From IMG/VR virus record IMGVR_UViG_3300037400_002261, positions 43,286 to 107,285 of that record: 64,000 bases of DNA. The stretch is one strand, 5' to 3'. Every line of letters begins with the position of its first letter. The first letter of the stretch is position 1. The notes under the pieces were generated by a model. That model had not been told where the DNA came from and did not search any database. It worked only from the letters and a program-made list of their open reading frames with translations. Below are positions 62,834 to 64,000 of this stretch, one piece after another. This DNA comes from a virus. Taxonomy: Duplodnaviria; Caudoviricetes. The position numbers and the translations under genes are program-made.

Positions 62834-63166
62834 ATGGCTTGTACAATTAAAAATAATTTAATCAAACTTACGAAGGGAGATTCATTAACAACTAAAGTAT
62901 CTATTACTGATGCTGATGGTAATGAGTATATTCCAACCGAAGATGATAAAATAAGGTTTGCATTAAAAAAGGAATATAATGATAAAAAGACGTTGATAGT
63001 AAAAGATATTCCTTATGATACTCTTATCTTACGTCTTGAATCTGAAGATACGAAAAAATTAGAACCTGGAGATTATAGGTATGATATAGAGATAACATTA
63101 TCAGATGGTACTGTTGATACTTTTATAGATCGGCAAAAGTTTGTTATTACTGAAGAAGTATTTTGA
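62834..63166 (+). CDS. BppU-N/Ig-like baseplate-associated protein
   Basis: 'I.LT.GD......I....G..Y......I.FA.K...DT..L..G.Y.YDI....DG.VDT'. Confidence 0.65.
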   Translation: MACTIKNNLIKLTKGDSLTTKVSITDADGNEYIPTEDDKIRFALKKEYNDKKTLIVKDIPYDTLILRLESEDTKKLEPGDYRYDIEITLSDGTVDTFIDRQKFVITEEVF

Positions 63167-63181
63167 GTGAGGTGATAGCAA

Positions 63182-63634
63182 ATGCCAAACGAAAGTATTT
63201 ATTTAAATGGACAATTGAGTTCTGGTGCTAAACTTTCTGGTTCATTATCAGAGCCAATAAGATTTTTATCTGGAATGTTGTCTAATCCAGACACTTTAGC
63301 TGGTAAATTATCAAATGCTGCTTTACGTGGCTACAGTGCATACGATATAGCAGTATTGGGTGGATATACTGGCACAGAAGAAGAATGGTTGGAAACTCTT
63401 AAAGGTGAGAGAATTGAACTTCGTAATAATAATGGAACACTTCAGTGGAAGTATGAAACTGAAACAGATTGGATAGATCTTATTGATTTGGTAGCAATGA
63501 ATGATTATGAAATGTTAATCAATAAACCAATGATAGATAGTATTGTACTTTCTGGTAATAGAGATTTAAGTTTAAGTTATGTGCGAAATACTAATGCACT
63601 AACTAATATGGAAATAGAGAGCTTGTTAAGTTAA
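63182..63634 (+). CDS. Tail fibre-associated protein
   Basis: 'GYSAYDIAV..GY.GTEEEWL..LKG', 'DY..L.NKP.I....L.GN' motifs; C-terminal 'ALTNMEIESLL'. Confidence 0.65.
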   Translation: MPNESIYLNGQLSSGAKLSGSLSEPIRFLSGMLSNPDTLAGKLSNAALRGYSAYDIAVLGGYTGTEEEWLETLKGERIELRNNNGTLQWKYETETDWIDLIDLVAMNDYEMLINKPMIDSIVLSGNRDLSLSYVRNTNALTNMEIESLLS

Positions 63635-63648
63635 GGGGGTGAACTGTT

Positions 63649-64000
63649 ATGGCAAACTCTTATTTAGACTTACAAGGTTTGTAGAGATTTTATAACATCA
63701 TTTCGGGAAGGATAAATCAAAAACTCACGGTAGTTGCTATGACAAAACAACAATGGGAAGCTGAAAACAGACAAACATCATAGTCTGGAGTTCTATATGT
63801 TACTACTGATTATAAAACTGTAACGAAAGATGGTACGACATATAATATTCCAGCATTTAAACTTGGTGACGGAAATGGATATATTGTTGATTTACCATAT
63901 GCTACAGTAGATGAGGAAACTTTTTTCAACCATGTAAATGATCATGTTGTTCATATAACTTAGGCTGAACGTGATTTTTACATGGTTGAAAAAAGTTTCC
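63649..64000 (+). CDS. Tail fibre-associated protein (partial, runs off the window)
   Basis: GGGGGTG RBS, ATG63649. 'YLDLQGL..F' N-terminus and 'W...N.....G.....D...KLGDG.....DLPY' motif; TAG read-through. Confidence 0.65.

Overview
This is the virion morphogenesis region of a large, AT-rich tailed (siphovirus-type) phage or prophage. Strong AGGAGG ribosome-binding sites point to a Bacillota/Clostridia-type host, and the gene order resembles Bacillus phage SPbeta. The genome uses an alternative genetic code. TAG is read as sense, almost certainly Gln (code 15), and genes end only in TAA or TGA, so the supplied ORF track fragments most genes. Re-read with TAG=Gln, all genes lie on the + strand. 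In order: terminase C-terminus (partial), portal, free-standing GIY-YIG endonuclease, protease/scaffold, decoration protein, major capsid, head-tail joining genes and tail tube. An accessory block follows, with a tyrosine recombinase, a secreted Ig-metalloprotease, RusA and a six-gene cassette of unknown function. After it come tail chaperones and one ~24.9 kb ORF (~8,310 aa), a tape measure protein carrying three tandem ADP-ribosyltransferase-like domains. The window ends with Dit, a Tal/spike with an S74 chaperone, a ~2,900-aa CotH-kinase/LRR/lectin-like fibre protein split by a group I intron that carries its own GIY-YIG endonuclease, and small tail-fibre genes. No tRNA, rRNA or CRISPR array was seen. 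All domain calls are by-eye motif recognition, not database searches. The absence of in-frame TAA/TGA in the longest ORFs was spot-checked, not computed exhaustively.
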